Part shown: one piece after another, positions 12,930 to 27,565 of the stretch
Layout: each line of letters begins with the position of its first letter
Numbering within the stretch: the stretch's first letter is position 1
Source of the DNA: Octopus sinensis
Taxonomy: Eukaryota
Length of the DNA: 64,000 nt
NCBI RefSeq assembly: GCF_006345805.1
Contig: NC_043006.1
Location: 66,836,001-66,900,000, forward strand
Direction of reading: 5' to 3'
Made by a program: the position numbers and the translations under genes
The notes under the pieces: model-generated
Databases searched by the model: none
The model's input: the letters and a program-made list of their open reading frames with translations, nothing else
What the model was told of the DNA's origin: nothing

Positions 12930-13330
12930 CGGAGAATTCACAAAAAAACGAAAGATGAAGGCAGGTGGTGTAAACAACAAATAGATGTATTAGTATAACG
13001 CTCGGGAAGTGAAAAAGTCTTTAACGTTTTCGAGCCTACGCTCTTCCACAGAAAGGAACACAGAAAGAAACAAGGAGAGAAAATTAAAAAATGTATAGTT
13101 GCTAGAGATCTATCATGGCGAGCTAGGGAGAAGGGGAGATAACAAAGTAGTGGTGATCTTAAAACGAAGGTGCGCGTTCGTGTGTATAAGAGAGTTGCAT
13201 GTGCGTGTGGAAGAGGGCTGGTGATCTTGACGTGTGCATGTGTGTACGAGTAGGCGTGAAAATGTGGGTCTGGGAAGTGGTCAGTGCTGATGTGTGCGTG
13301 GTCGTGTGTTGTGATGTAATGTGTAGTGTG
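12925..13330 (-). mobile_element. PLE pLTR fragment with CTGTNGA-type hammerhead-like motif at 13017-13056
   Basis: cttt-CTGTGGA-a-GAGCgtagGCTC-GAAA(A)-CG-TT-aaag. Same family as the copies at 17.7, 26.6, 47.2 and 55.0 kb. Confidence 0.7.
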
Positions 13331-13931
13331 GTATACGTACATATATACATATGCTTATGTACATATGTGCGTTTGTCTGTATATGTATATTTATCTATGT
13401 TTATATTTATATTTCTATACACATGAATTCACTCGTTCTTTACGTTTCTGCTATTTATCGTTGATTGTCACACCATAAAATGCTTATTAAATCACTCCAA
13501 AATCCAGTCTTCGTTTCAACGATGTTTCGCGTTTTCTTTGGCTCACATCAATAAACCGATCTTCACATCCGGGATTATGGTTGGGATTACATATTCTCTT
13601 ACACGGAAAAGCTATTTAAGGATGGTATACGAGAGTTCCTGCATCTCTTAAACATCATCCCGTTAATGGAAGACCTTTACACATTTTTACGTAAGTTGAG
13701 CGAGATAAATTCTAAGAAAGTTTATTGCCTCTTCAGGGATTGTGTTCTTTTCATGAAGCATTGTTTTGTGTGCGCCTTTTGTTCACTAAGATATATAAAA
13801 TTGAATTTATGTGTGTCCCCCCTCTCTCTCTCCATCTCACTCTCTCTCTCCCTTTCACTCTGTCTCTCCCCCTCCCTCGCTTTTATCTGTCTATCGATGC
13901 ATTTATCAATTTATCTGTCTATATATCCTGC

Positions 13932-14001
<70 letters not shown>

Positions 14002-14037
14002 TTTACTGTCTATCCGTCTGTCTATCTCTCTGTCTGC

Positions 14038-14152
<115 letters not shown>

Positions 14153-14656
14153 CTGTTTATCTGTCTATCTGTCTATCTGCCTATCTATCTATCTAATGAT
14201 CTTTCTATCCGTCTATATGCCTATCTGCCTATCTATCTATTTCGCACTCTCAGGTTCTCTGTATTTTATTTTATATACACTTATGCATGTACATATATAT
14301 GTATATATGTATGTATTGTTTATATGAGTATATATGTGTGTATATATATGTATATATATGCATATTTATGTATATATATATATACACACACACACATATA
14401 TATATATACACAAAATTTACATGTATATAAATAAAACTTACACACATGCTTATACGAATATATATAAATGTATATAAATGTAAACATAAATATACACATA
14501 GAGACTCAGAAATATACACTATATACATAAAGAGAGTGCGAAAGAGAGAGAGAAAGAAGGAGAGAGAAGGGGGATGGATAGAGGTGGTTTTTGGCCTGCG
14601 TCTCTAGTACACTTGTTTTCTTGAACACTTATATATATTATATTTGTGTGTCCGTG

Positions 14657-14689
<33 letters not shown>

Positions 14690-14701
14690 TATATATATAT
14701 C

Positions 14702-14732
<31 letters not shown>

Positions 14733-14967
14733 CAACATACATACATATATATATATCTATACACATATATATATATACGTACGTAACGGATTTATACATA
14801 TGTACAGATATCAAAGTCTTTGTCTATACACATTTAAGACATATGCATTGTGTGTTTATATATAAGCTTCTGTCCTTCTAAGAACTACTAATTTACAAAA
14901 CAATCACATTCACACAGACACACAAACATATATATAATACATACTACATACATACATACATACATAC

Positions 14968-15035
<68 letters not shown>

Positions 15036-15605
15036 GTGCGTTGTTCGGGGTTATATGTGACTATGTATGCAAAGCTGCTCTGATATGACAATGCTGCCAT
15101 CGGCTTCAAAATAAGGAGACGGCGAACAATACTGTTGCTACTTTCTTGCAGGAATCATACAAAACTTCTTTTACTTCATCTTTCTTTGTCATTATGTTTT
15201 TTTTTCTCCCTGAATATTTGTGTGTAAAAGCTTTCTTATTTGCGGGTATGAAAATAATGTTGAATGACAAAACTAAAATCTAGCCTTTTGTACTTATTTG
15301 AAAACTATATCCATTACGGAATTTCCTGTCCACCATATTGTTTTCTTACTTACTTAATTCTCTCTTTGTTTAAAGCAGTATTTTTTCCCCTCACTCTAGC
15401 GTTCTGCTGATGTTATTACATTGTATTCGTTACGATTTTCTATTGACATTGTGTTTCATTGAAAATTCAGATTAAGACATACATAAATAAGGTAATAGAA
15501 AAATTCTGCACGTATATAATTTTACATATAATTACTTATATATATGTATGAATGTATGCATGCATGTATGGATGTACGTATATATATATATATGTGTGTG
15601 TGTGT

Positions 15606-15642
<37 letters not shown>

Positions 15643-15682
15643 ATAGAGAGAAGGTGAGAGAGAGAAAGAGACTGACAGGCAG

Positions 15683-15714
<32 letters not shown>

Positions 15715-15800
15715 AGATAGATAGATAGAGAGAGAGAGGGAGTGAGTAGTGTGTATACAAAGAGAGAAAGAGAGAAAGAGATTAATAGACAGAGATACAT

Positions 15801-15848
<48 letters not shown>

Positions 15849-15890
15849 TAGATAGATAGATAGACTGATAGCGGAAATACATCTGTATAC

Positions 15891-15929
<39 letters not shown>

Positions 15930-15942
15930 TATATATAATATA

Positions 15943-16140
15943 AGTTAATCCAAACAAGAAAAACAAAAAACACAGCAACGCGAGGACGTGGAACAAATAA
16001 AGTATTATTGGACGGTCAGGAAAGAAGGGAAGGAGGGTTTAACGTTTCGAGCGGAGCTCTTCGTCGGAAACAAAGGAGAAGGAAAGATCCCGAGAAGGGA
16101 AGACAGAGGAAAAAAAATTGCTGGCGGTGCTCACGAGGTC
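15943..16140 (-). mobile_element. PLE pLTR fragment with hammerhead at 16037-16071 (U4C)
   Basis: gttt-CCGACGA-a-GAGCtccGCTC-GAAA-CG-TT-aaac. Same family as 25895-26070; ends at (TA)n. Confidence 0.72.
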
Positions 16141-16380
16141 ACATTTATATAGATATACATATATATTTATATAAATATATATATATATATATGGCGTTTG
16201 TGTGTGTGTGTAAATGTGTGTGTGAGTATGTGTTTAGCTATCAATCTGTCTATTAATCTATCCCTACCTCTTCACTCGTTCTTTTACTTAGTGTCTATAT
16301 GTGGGCGTGTGTCCGTAGGTGTGAGCGTGTATATGTGTATATATATAATATATATATATGCACACACACAAACACACACC

Positions 16381-16419
<39 letters not shown>

Positions 16420-16539
16420 TGCTTTGAATATATCTTTGTCTAAGTATCTGCTTATTGCTATCTGTATATGTACGTCTGTTTGTGAACCGTCTCAGCTAGC
16501 ATAATAGACAGGAAGCTAGATAAGTAGAGATTGATGTGT

Positions 16540-16588
<49 letters not shown>

Positions 16589-16624
16589 GGAGAGAGAGAG
16601 AGAGAGAGACAGACAGAGAGATTC

Positions 16625-16769
16625 TCAACGAAAACTGTCCGACGAGCGGGAACGTGGAACTGAGTAACAGTTTTTGTAATGTCTTTATAGCATTATTAAT
16701 AAAACATATTACTCTACCTCCGGTATTCGAGTACTATTTTCCACCTTCTTTCACATTTATGTCTTACCT

Positions 16770-16771
<2 letters not shown>
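16625..16771 (+). mobile_element. PLE pLTR fragment with degenerate hammerhead at 16634-16671
   Basis: ACTGT-CCGACGA-GC-gggaac-GT-GGAA-CTGAG-TA-ACAGT. Confidence 0.55.
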
Positions 16772-16811
<40 letters not shown>

Positions 16812-17659
16812 TATATATATATTGCATATATACATACATATATTATATCTATAATACTTATATATACATATATATACAGATAGATTATATATGTGTATAT
16901 GTAATATATAATATATATATATATTATTTAGTTTGTGTGTGTGTGTGTGACCGTGTGCATGCGTGCGTGTATACGCGTGTATGTGTATGCGTTTATGTGT
17001 GTGTGGGTGTGTGTATGCAAATAAATTAAGATGATAAGATAATGATGTAGTGCATATGAAATATATATTAATAATACAACATATTTGTTTTACGTGAAGG
17101 GCTGCATCCTTCTTGAAAGTTTCAAAGTAACATTTCTTCAAACGTGCCATACAGAAACTTCCGCTGGGCATACACTTTAGCTTGTACATGACTTGTTTAG
17201 AACAATAGCGTTCCGTTATCCGCTATTAATTTTACGGGACGTTGACGTTCACATTTTGAGCGTCAGTATGAGACAGATGTATTCATAGCTTATTGTTTAC
17301 GCTCTCCCATGACAGATTACAAGGCGTTTTGCTACAACTAATAAAACCAGAGATGACGATTTAAAACATTATACAATGCAGTCTCATGCCGGATTACATG
17401 CGTAATGTCCGTGTCACGGCAAAGTTTGATGATGTTTGATTTCTATTTTACATTCCTTTCACCGTTGCTTGTTTCAGACATTGGATGGCGGCCATGCTGG
17501 GGCAACACCCTGGATGGTTTTTAAGGTGCAAGTCGACACTAGTTTAGAAAGTCCGATTCTGCGTAATCTGTCGGGAGTTTTGCCGATCTGCTATATTCCG
17601 GGGACGTCAACAAAGCAACAGCGGTTTGAAAGTCATGGTGAGGAGACGAAAACAAACAG

Positions 17660-17829
17660 AAAAACATACACGCCTACATTTAGAAACTTGTGTGTTCCTT
17701 TCTGTCGAAGAGCGTAGGCTTGAAACATAAAAGACTTATTCACTTCCCCGAGTGTTAAGCTAATACAATTGTCTGTTGTTTACACACCAGTCTTCATCTT
17801 TTGCTCTTTTGCTCTTTTGTAAATTCTCA

Positions 17830-17830
<1 letters not shown>
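17660..17830 (+). mobile_element. PLE pLTR fragment with decayed CTGTCGA hammerhead-like motif at 17697-17734
   Basis: cttt-CTGTCGA-a-GAGCgtagGCTT-GAAA-CA-TA-aaag, followed by the family tail and (TA)n. Confidence 0.65.
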
Positions 17831-17863
<33 letters not shown>

Positions 17864-17870
17864 TATATAC

Positions 17871-17956
<86 letters not shown>

Positions 17957-18104
17957 AAATGGAAAGATGAATTATCTCGTTACGGATTATTCAAAAGTTT
18001 AACCGATACCTGGGTAGCAAAAATCACAACAGAAAAAACACGGTTGGAGTTATGACCATAGGGTGTTTGCAAACCGTGCGTTGGCGCGGATAATTGAAGT
18101 TTAA

Positions 18105-18503
18105 TATAATTAGTGAATGGAGAAATGGAGCTGAACGAAGATTCTACAGAATTCCTTTTATTACATTCTACACATGTTTCAAAGGCCACAAATTCCAAAT
18201 TCTGATTGAATAAGGATACCATATTGCAGCTTTCTCTTCAGAAAATCCAGGAATTACGATGTCCAAACAAAACAAAGGCGCAGCAAGCAACTCGAACAAG
18301 AACGTTCTTGTTCGAGTTGCTTGCTGCGCCTTGTTTTTGTTTGGACATCGTAATTCCTGGATTTTCCTGAAGAGAAAGCTGCAATATGGTATCCTTATTC
18401 AATCAGAATTTGGAAATTTGTGCCTTTGAAACATGTGTAGAATGTAATAAAGGAATTCTGTAGAATCTTCGTTCAGCTCCATTTCTTCCATTCACTAATT
18501 ATA
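18105..18503. repeat. ~400-bp near-perfect palindrome with no spacer; each arm carries an extended hammerhead-like motif (18163-18246 minus, 18361-18445 plus)
   Basis: Centre gaacaagAAC|GTTcttgttc at 18303/18304. The arms differ only by small indels in homopolymer or purine runs. Confidence 0.95.
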
Positions 18504-18735
18504 TATATAATAATATATTATATATATATAATATATATGTGTGTATATTTACATATATATATACACTCGAACTCACATCCCTGTGATTACACATCATGTG
18601 CTTTACCATTAAACTAACAAACTGATATATTATTTACATTATCCTGCATTTGAGAATAGAATCATTTCCGTATCTGTACCTTTAAATACATCTCAACGCT
18701 TCTAAAGCAAGCTTTGTTGACTTTCAAAAAAATAA

Positions 18736-18773
<38 letters not shown>

Positions 18774-18785
18774 GCGTCAAAGTTC

Positions 18786-18928
18786 CACAGTTTCCGTCAA
18801 ACAAATTCATTCACAAGGCGTTAGTCCACCGCTAAAACAGTATTAGACACTTGCCGGAAGTGCCGAGTAGGAGAACTGAACCCGGAACGATGTGGTTGCA
18901 AGGTGTGCTTCGTAACCAAGCAGCCATG
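18786..18928 (-). mobile_element. SINE head fragment
   Basis: Diverged match to the 5' part of the SINE at 19125. Confidence 0.55.
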
Positions 18929-19124
18929 ACTCTTTAGTCGCTAATATGCAAAGGGAATTAATAGCACAGGTGTTAGAGATACCCATTCTCACAATGATTA
19001 TAACAAGAATTTGTCATTTTTATGAGTCATCCATGAACGATACAATATAATAAAAAGTGTATATGCAACAGTATATGAAATGTGTGTGTATGTGTGTGTG
19101 TATCTGTGAGACCTTAATTTTTTC

Positions 19125-19527
19125 AGGCGCAGGAGTGGCTATGTGGTAGGTAACTTGCTTACCAAGCACATGGTTCCGGTTCACTACCACTGTGTGGCAC
19201 CTTGAGCAAGTGTTTTCTTCTATAGCCCCAGGCCGACCAGAACATTCTGAGTGGATCTGGTAGAGGGGAACTGAAAGAAGCCCGTCTTATATATATGTGT
19301 GGGGGTGAGTGTTTGGTTTGTCGATGCTGGTACCCCCACCAACACTTCACAACATATGTTGGTGTGTTTACTTCCCCGTAACTTAGCGGCTCGGTAAAAG
19401 TAACCGATAGAATAAGTACTAGGCTAACAGACAATAAGCCCTGGGATCGATTTCAACTAAAGACTGTGCTCCAGCATGGTCGCAGTCAAATGACTGAAAC
19501 ACGCAAAAGAATAAAAGAATAAAAGAA
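19125..19527 (+). mobile_element. Full-length tRNA-derived SINE with CR1-like 3' tail; the family whose head is targeted at 33.6/39.0 kb
   Basis: aggcgcaggagtggctatgtggtagg...ggttcactacc head, internal gtgtttacttccccgtaacttagcgg, and tail gtgctccagcatggtcgcagtcaaatgactgaaac plus (taaaagaa)n. Confidence 0.85.
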
Positions 19528-19965
19528 CATATATACACGTAGTGTATATCACCTGAGTATGATCCTATGACCCCGGAAAAATTTAAAACAGAGAGTTACT
19601 TACATGCAAATAAATGTGTTAACATGTAACACTATTGATCGAGTTTACCGTGGTCTTTTCCGTTGGCTTTTCTTTCCACGGATAAGCCTCGTCTCTTTCC
19701 CCCTTTACACTTTATATCATGGCATTTCTGTGATACACGATCGCTATTTTTTCTCTTTTTCCCTTTCTTTTCTCTTTCTCTTTCTTGTTTCTTTCCTTTT
19801 TACAATCTCTTTTGATCGAAAACCTACACCCTGTTTTTTTTCTCCCCAAAAAGAAAAGCTCTACCTTGTAATTTGTCCCGTCTGTGTGCAGCCCTATGTG
19901 GCTATAAAGAAGCATTATATATTATTATATATATAGATATATATATATATATATATATATATATC

Positions 19966-20001
<36 letters not shown>

Positions 20002-20725
20002 ATACATATACATATATATATACATATATATACATATATATGCGCGTGTGTGTGCGTGTATGTGTCTGTGTGTGTGTGTGTGTGTGCATATTAAGTGCAG
20101 GTGTGTCGGTCTGATAAGATGCTTGCTTCCTAACCATATGGTTCCGCCTTGAGTTTCACTCATTCGACCGACACATGTATAAGACAAAATATTGTATGTA
20201 AGTGTGTTTGCGTGTTAATGTGTATGTCTGTGTTCATGTGTGTGTTTTCATCTGTGTGTTTGTGTGTCTGTGTGTGTGTTTATGTGTCTTTGTGTGTTTG
20301 TATGTGTGTTTCTGTGTGCTTGCATGTGGTATGTATATGTGTATGTAAGAATAGACACTTGCTTTTCTGTGTGTAAACGTGTACGATCGCTGATCTGTAT
20401 GTTTATAGATATACACATATATGTGTGCGGGGTGTATTAACACATACTCACAAGCGGATAGGTATGCATGTGTCTACGTATTTATGTAAGTGCGTACATA
20501 TATTCTCGAGCGTGTGTATATGTGCAGATATGCGCGTATGTATGTTTTTAGATATTATATATATAAAGAGAGATAGAGAGATATATGCATTGGTCTATAT
20601 ATGTACAGACGGCTGTTTGAGTATGTGTATATATATGTATGCATGCGCATGTATGTGTGTATACATATATATATGTGTATATATGTGTTTATATATGCAA
20701 TGTATGTATATACGTATATATATAG

Positions 20726-20775
<50 letters not shown>

Positions 20776-20789
20776 AAATGGGACAAGAA

Positions 20790-21160
20790 CGCAAAACATC
20801 CGCACAAAGACGATACAAAGAAAATAAGGACGGGTCATTCGGAGTTTTCTTTCTTCAGTCGAGTTCCAGTGTTTTACATTCCTTGGAAGAACGCAGCGAA
20901 TGTATACGAAAACAAGGACAGAAGAAAACGGAGAATGTTACACAAATACAAATAACAGGACATAACAATAGGTGTCTTTGGAGTAAGGACGAATTAAATT
21001 AACCTGGCGTGTGTGGAAATAAAGCCTTTCCGTCCTTGCTTTCCTATACATTCGCGTGCTTTCTTCCAAGGAATCTAATGCTCTTAACTTAGGTTTTCCT
21101 TGGGGCTGGCTAGATTGGAGCAATCTCGAGTATAACCAGCCTAAATTGCAAAGATAATCT
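20790..21160. mobile_element. Fold-back repeat, probably PLE-derived (family also at 41370-41650)
   Basis: 20879-20923 is inverted relative to 21028-21073. ccaaggaatctaatgctc...cttggggctggc is shared with 41470-41520. Confidence 0.55.
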
Positions 21161-21169
21161 GGAACTTAA

Positions 21170-21432
21170 CTGTCCTCATATTGCACTGACTTTAGATTAA
21201 CACCCAAACACTCCGAAATATTTGTGTTGGATCTTCCGGCGCGAATGCCGGAAGCAGTAGAGCATATCATATCAAACTTTCTAGTAGAGTGACTAGGGTC
21301 ATGGTGCAGTTTTCTTACAGAGGGTGCCCAAATCACTCTACTATACTGTCGCGACGACAAAATCAAAAACAAACAGTGTGTATGCGCGGAATTAAAAATA
21401 TAAAGCGCTGATAATTTACCCATCGCACACTG
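21170..21432 (-). mobile_element. 5' fragment of a Tc1/mariner-like transposon
   Basis: TA-CAGTGTGCGATGGG terminus and an HTH-like peptide GIRAGRSNTNISECLGVNLKSVQ. Confidence 0.45.
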
Positions 21433-21504
21433 TATATACAAGTATATAATAGTTCGTGTGTGGGGGTGCGTGCCTGTGTATGTATACATATATATGTTTG
21501 TGTA

Positions 21505-21700
21505 TCTGTGTTTGTCTCCTCAACATCGCTTGACAACCAATGTTGGTGTGTTTATGTCCGTAACTTAGCGGATCGGCGAAAAAGAGAGCGATAGAAAAAG
21601 TACTAGGCTTACAAAGAATAAGTCCTGGGGTCGATTCGCTCGACTAAAGGCAGTGCTCCAGTATAGCCACAGTCAAACGACTGAAACAAGTAAAAGAGTA
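21505..21700 (+). mobile_element. 3' half of the 19125-type SINE
   Basis: ttggtgtgtttatgtccgtaacttagcgg...ggcagtgctccagtatagccacagtcaaacgactgaaac. Confidence 0.8.
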
Positions 21701-21743
21701 TACATACATAGATATATATATATACATACACACACATATATAT

Positions 21744-21965
21744 GTTGTTGGCATCCTTTTTGTCTCGGAAGACAATGGAGTTGCGCATAAAATAGTCTAG
21801 TCCGGCTTTTACATTTCATGTCCTGATACATTTCCTGCTGTGGCTGTGTAGTCCTATCCCGGAAAAACACTCCCTCTGGCAGGTGCCGCAAATGTAGCGA
21901 AGACTGTTCCTGGCTGGTTGTAATGTCATAGTTTCTTGTTGACGTCTTTTCTTGTCCTTCCATTT
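21744..21965 (-). mobile_element. 3' end of an RTE-clade LINE
   Basis: Terminal C2H2-like peptide [23 protein letters not shown], followed by a short ccattgtcttccgagacaaaaaggatgccaacaac tail. Confidence 0.7.
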
Positions 21966-22002
21966 CTCCTCTCTCTCTCTCTGTCCTCCTTTGTTTTCCC
22001 TC

Positions 22003-22074
<72 letters not shown>

Positions 22075-22104
22075 CATATATATATATACATACATAAACT
22101 CATG

Positions 22105-22258
22105 GAATGGTTGGCGTAGGAACGGCATCCAGCCGTAGAAACATTGCCAGATCAGACTGGGCCTGGTGCAGCCTTCTGGCTTCCCAGAACTCAGTTGAAC
22201 CGTCCAACCCATGCCAGCATGGAAAGCAGACGCTAAACTATGATGATGATGATGATGA
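22105..22258 (+). mobile_element. SINE/LINE 3' tail ending in (GAT)n
   Basis: ggcatccagccgtagaaac...ccgtccaacccatgccagcatggaaagcagacgctaaac(gat)n. Confidence 0.6.
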
Positions 22259-23135
22259 TATATATATATTTACATATATGTGTATGTACGTGTTTTGGGA
22301 TAGTCAGTGGACATTGACAGAATGAAAAGGTTATATGACTAATGAACCGAGTTCAATAAATGTAAATACGTATGCGCGCGCTTGTGTGTATAAGTGTGGT
22401 AAATATACAGCTAAGTATACACAGAAGTCGAGCAGAGAGGCTGCGTCATTCATGGGGGCTAGAATGTCAACGGAAATACGTTAACAAAAGTGTATATACA
22501 TAAGTGTATATATAAGTATATGCACTCATAAATATATTAAAATTTATATATGTGTAGGACTCATTAAGCACGTGTCAGATTATCTATAACAATTGTTTCA
22601 TTATTTTTAGAGGTGTATGTTTGGAGATAAAAAATGTTTCCCATAGGAAACATTTCCCATTGGAACAAAGGCCTTTGTGGATATAAATCACATCTAAATT
22701 AAAAAAAAAAACTGTCAACGGTATATCGGAAAACAAATACATACAGAACAGATTCAATGTAGCAGCAGAACAGAAGCCATCATTGTCGCATCATACAATC
22801 ATACAGAGGTAATAAGTAGATTTATACATACATATATACATACATACATTCGTACTTACACACACACATATGTGCATACATACATACATAATGCACACAC
22901 ACATGTATAGATACATACGTATAAATATACATATATATATATGTGTGTATATATATACATATATACATATATATACATATATACATATAGATATATATAT
23001 ATATATGCATATATATACACGCATAATACATACATATATACATAAACACATATACACACACAGACACACATTCATATATATATGATATGTATAATATATA
23101 AATAATTTGCACTACAGATACACACACACACCACG

Positions 23136-23168
<33 letters not shown>

Positions 23169-23192
23169 TATATATATATATATATTCATGCT

Positions 23193-23224
<32 letters not shown>

Positions 23225-23419
23225 TGCTTGTATATTTGTATGAATGTGTCCATAGGTGTATATGTAGCTTTATATGTTTAAAAATATGCAAAACTTATGA
23301 AACGTACGACTTTATATACACATATATATCTAATCCGGCCCTCCACACACACATACATACGCACACAAACAAATACCTGAATCTGTATCCGTATATCGTA
23401 TATATGTGTGTGTATATAC

Positions 23420-23452
<33 letters not shown>

Positions 23453-24553
23453 ATATATATAGTGTGTGGTGTGTGTGTGTGTGTGTGGTGTGTATTTACA
23501 TACATATACACATACAGACAGACATGTAAAAACATATAGCAGCAGATATATATATTTCTGCCTATTTTGGTATTTATATATATATGCATGTATATATATA
23601 TATGTATGTGTGTGTTTATGCATATATATGTTTATACATATATATATATATACTTATATATATATGTATGTATGTATGTATGTATGCATACATGCATATA
23701 TATGTTCGTATAGGGATACATATATCTACATATACATACAGTTATATATACATATGAATACATTCATTCACTCATACATACGTGACGAGAAGGGTTGAAG
23801 AATAATTCAATAAGTTGCAGTGTTTTAATGCATATTTGAACATTGAAAAATGAAGGAAAATATTAAGAATTGATTAAAAAAACATAAATAAGCAAGTTAA
23901 AAATGAATGGTAAATTATTGTGTTTGGAATTTAAAAAGAGATTTATTTAAACCAAATATTTTCTTCACTTCTTTATTCAAGCAGAAGATTCTGACTTTCG
24001 TTAAGGACATAATCTATATATATTCAATTTTTACCGAATTTATGTTGTTGTTGTTGTTGTTGTTTTTAATTTTTCTTGGTTTTTTTTTTTTGCATTCTTT
24101 AAATTTACTTTCTCGATTTAGATTTTAGATTTAGTAAACCTTCTTTACAGGAAAGTACGTGACGAAAAGTGCAATAGAAAATATATACGTACACATATAT
24201 AATTACGTGTGTGTGTGCATGCGTATATATATATATAAAGAGAGTGAGAGAGAGACAGACAGACAGACAGAGAGTGAGAGAGTGAGAAAGAGAGAGACAG
24301 ATAAACAGACAGACACGCAGATAGATAGATAAATAAATATACGTATGCAAATGTATGTATATATATATATGTGTGTGTGTGTGTATGAATATATAATTTT
24401 TTAAAACAGTGTGAATGATTTGTAGAGTTCATGTAAATGTCTTTCCATGCATGAATACTTGTGTATATATGTAAGTATGTATGTATGTATGTACGCATGA
24501 TTGTGTGTATGTACGTATGTATAAATATATTTGAAATGTATATACGCATGTAG

Positions 24554-24586
<33 letters not shown>

Positions 24587-24691
24587 TCACATATACATAC
24601 ATGTATGTTTGCATATACTATATGCATATAATATATTATATTATATATATATATATATATGCGTGTGTGTGTATATATACATTGTATATAT

Positions 24692-24731
<40 letters not shown>

Positions 24732-25894
24732 TAATATATATATATTGCAGTATGCCTTCTTTCACTACACTTTATCAGATATTTTAGACTGGATGGCCAG
24801 ATCGACATTCCACTGATATACGCAGCTTGCGTTATAATCGTCATTCAGTCTGACCTAGAGCAGAGAGTTATGTACATGAGTCATATAGTATTAGAACAAT
24901 CGGAACGTCAATAACTAAAATTACCTGTGAATTTTATACGTCCGTTTCAAATGCTTACGTAAGAAATTGTTACGTAGATTCCATTTTCTTCAGTTTTTAC
25001 AACCCCAATGCCACGATCGATTCAAATTTGCCAAAAGTAGGTGGAAGAACTGACATCACGGAAAACCATAGAAAGAAGAGGAAAAAAGAACGAAAAAATA
25101 TAGAAGGAAATTTAATTTGTGAAGGGATAAAAGACTATATAATTGTAGAAGTGAGGAGTAATTAAACATAATTGAATGATAATTAATGAAAAATAAGCCA
25201 ATAAATGAATTGTTAACGATTAATAAACTGCAATAAATTTCGGTTATAGAGAGAAAGAAGAGAGTAATAGATTATACTGGCAAAAATAAAATAATTGATG
25301 CTGAAGACATCTAACGACATAAAACCTTAGGGAATCACTGTTTTTCCTACTGGACCGTAATGTCTCTGATTTAAGGAAATATATGTATTTTGCTAATTCA
25401 TTGTGCGTAAGCTGTAAGATTATGACATGAATTAGTCATAAGCATTTATATCATTGAGGAATGCTGTAGAATAAATTGTGATGGGTATTTTATTTTCATA
25501 AAGAACGAAAATCAGAAGAATAAGTACATATTTATTCCCAACTCGTTCCTGCAAATTCGAACGGAATCGTACGAATCTCTGTTACCCACGGAGATCAATT
25601 TCTAACCGTCGATAGAGGTAAAATTAAAACAAAACCTAAAATTAAGTTTAAGAACTAATTTCATATTTGTTTGCGCTTTGTTGTCATATTGCTATGTCTT
25701 GCTTTTATAAAATGCAACACTTTCAAAATTGAAACCTCAGTAAGGCGTTTAAACTCATAACATTTTGGCTTGGTGTGATCCTGTATATCACTGCAGTATT
25801 CAACTGTAAACCATGGACAGGGAGACCTAACCAAAATAACTTTGGTTAGTTTAATACCTTTATACGTACATGTGACCGCGTGTGTACCGTTGGC

Positions 25895-26070
25895 GATTTT
25901 TTTACTCCGTCTTCCCTTCACTAGATCTTTCCTTTTCCTGTGTTTCTGACGAAGAGCTCCGCTCGAAACGTAAAACCCTCCTTCTTCCCTTCGTTCCTGA
26001 GCGTCCAATAATACTATATTTGTTCCACGTCCTCGCGTTGTTGTGTTTTCTCTTTGTGTTTTCATGTTTG
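25895..26070 (+). mobile_element. PLE pLTR fragment
   Basis: Reverse-orientation family match to 15943-16140; ends at (TA)n. Confidence 0.7.
25942..25976 (+). ncRNA. Minimal type I hammerhead ribozyme, fully canonical core
   Basis: GTTT-CTGACGA-a-GAGCtccGCTC-GAAA-CG-TA-AAAC. Confidence 0.8.
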
Positions 26071-26303
26071 GATTAACTATATATATAATATATATATATA
26101 TACACGTATATATATGTGTGGGTGTATACACATATGTGTGTGTTTACGCATATAAATATGTATGTGCATACATATGAGAGAGAGAGAAAGAAAAACTTAG
26201 CTAATGAGATCACCGGAATATCATGCTTACATCAACAATTCAAATTATTCGCTATAATTTGTGAATATACAATAGTATTCTAGGCGCATGCGTACGTTAT
26301 GTA

Positions 26304-26376
<73 letters not shown>

Positions 26377-26559
26377 TATATACATATATATCTAGAGAGA
26401 CAGAGAAGAGAGAAAGAGAGAGAGAGAAAGACATGGAGAGAGAAAGACATGGAGAGAGAGAGACATACATGTGTGTGTATATGTCTGTGTGTCTGTGTGC
26501 GCGTGAGTGTGTGTATATGCTTCAAAACTACAGAAAACAGAAGACGAAGATAAGTGTAG

Positions 26560-26720
26560 GAACAACAGGCATGTGTATTAGTTTAACGCTTGGGAGGAAT
26601 AGAAAAGGCTCGATATTTCGAGCCTACGCTCTGCGAAAAAAGGAATAAGAGAGAAAAAAACGGTCACAGAATGAAGAAAAAAAGAAGATAATGAAAGAAG
26701 GCAGAGAAAGAAAAAATGTG
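26560..26720 (-). mobile_element. Degenerate PLE pLTR fragment (gagcgtaggctcgaaa family)
   Basis: tttcgagcctacgctc at about 26616-26631 with family flanks. Confidence 0.55.
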
Positions 26721-26781
26721 AAGGTATTAACGGTTTAATATATGATATATATCTCGATTGACAAACAGACAGATAGTTATG

Positions 26782-26815
<34 letters not shown>

Positions 26816-26903
26816 TATAGATAGATAGATAGATAGATAGATATTAGATAGATAGATAGATAGATAGATATATACATACATACATACATACATACATACA
26901 TAC

Positions 26904-26994
<91 letters not shown>

Positions 26995-26995
26995 T

Positions 26996-27054
<59 letters not shown>

Positions 27055-27483
27055 TTTGAGACAAGATGGCGTTAGCATCTCAGATCAGAGCCGTTAGCAC
27101 GTCGGCTTTTCTGAAGAAATAGTCCTTCCGCCGCTAATAATGAAAGTTTTAGACTGAAACACTAATATGCAACCCTTGCTTATCAGTGTTTTCTCTATCA
27201 ATGGAGGCTAAATTTGTCCGACTAAGCAGTGATAGCGGATACCTAAAACTAATGACGCTAAAAGGATCCGACATCTGAAATTTAGCTATATCGTCGGCGC
27301 AGCTAGTCAATTTCCTTCCATCTGCTGACATAATTCGCTGATTTTTATTACTATGCTTCTAAAGAAGATGCTTTGACGAGACGATTAGTCAGCATTTTTT
27401 TTCAGCAGTATATCTTCATTAAGCGAGATATACTGAAAGCTATTTTGAACGAATAATTTTCCCGTTGCTAATATCGAATGAAT

Positions 27484-27565
<82 letters not shown>

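Noticed and set aside
20830-20870. CTGAAGA...CGAATGA motifs here (minus) and at about 41575-41610
   Set aside because: GAAT instead of GAAA, and no consistent stems I-III.
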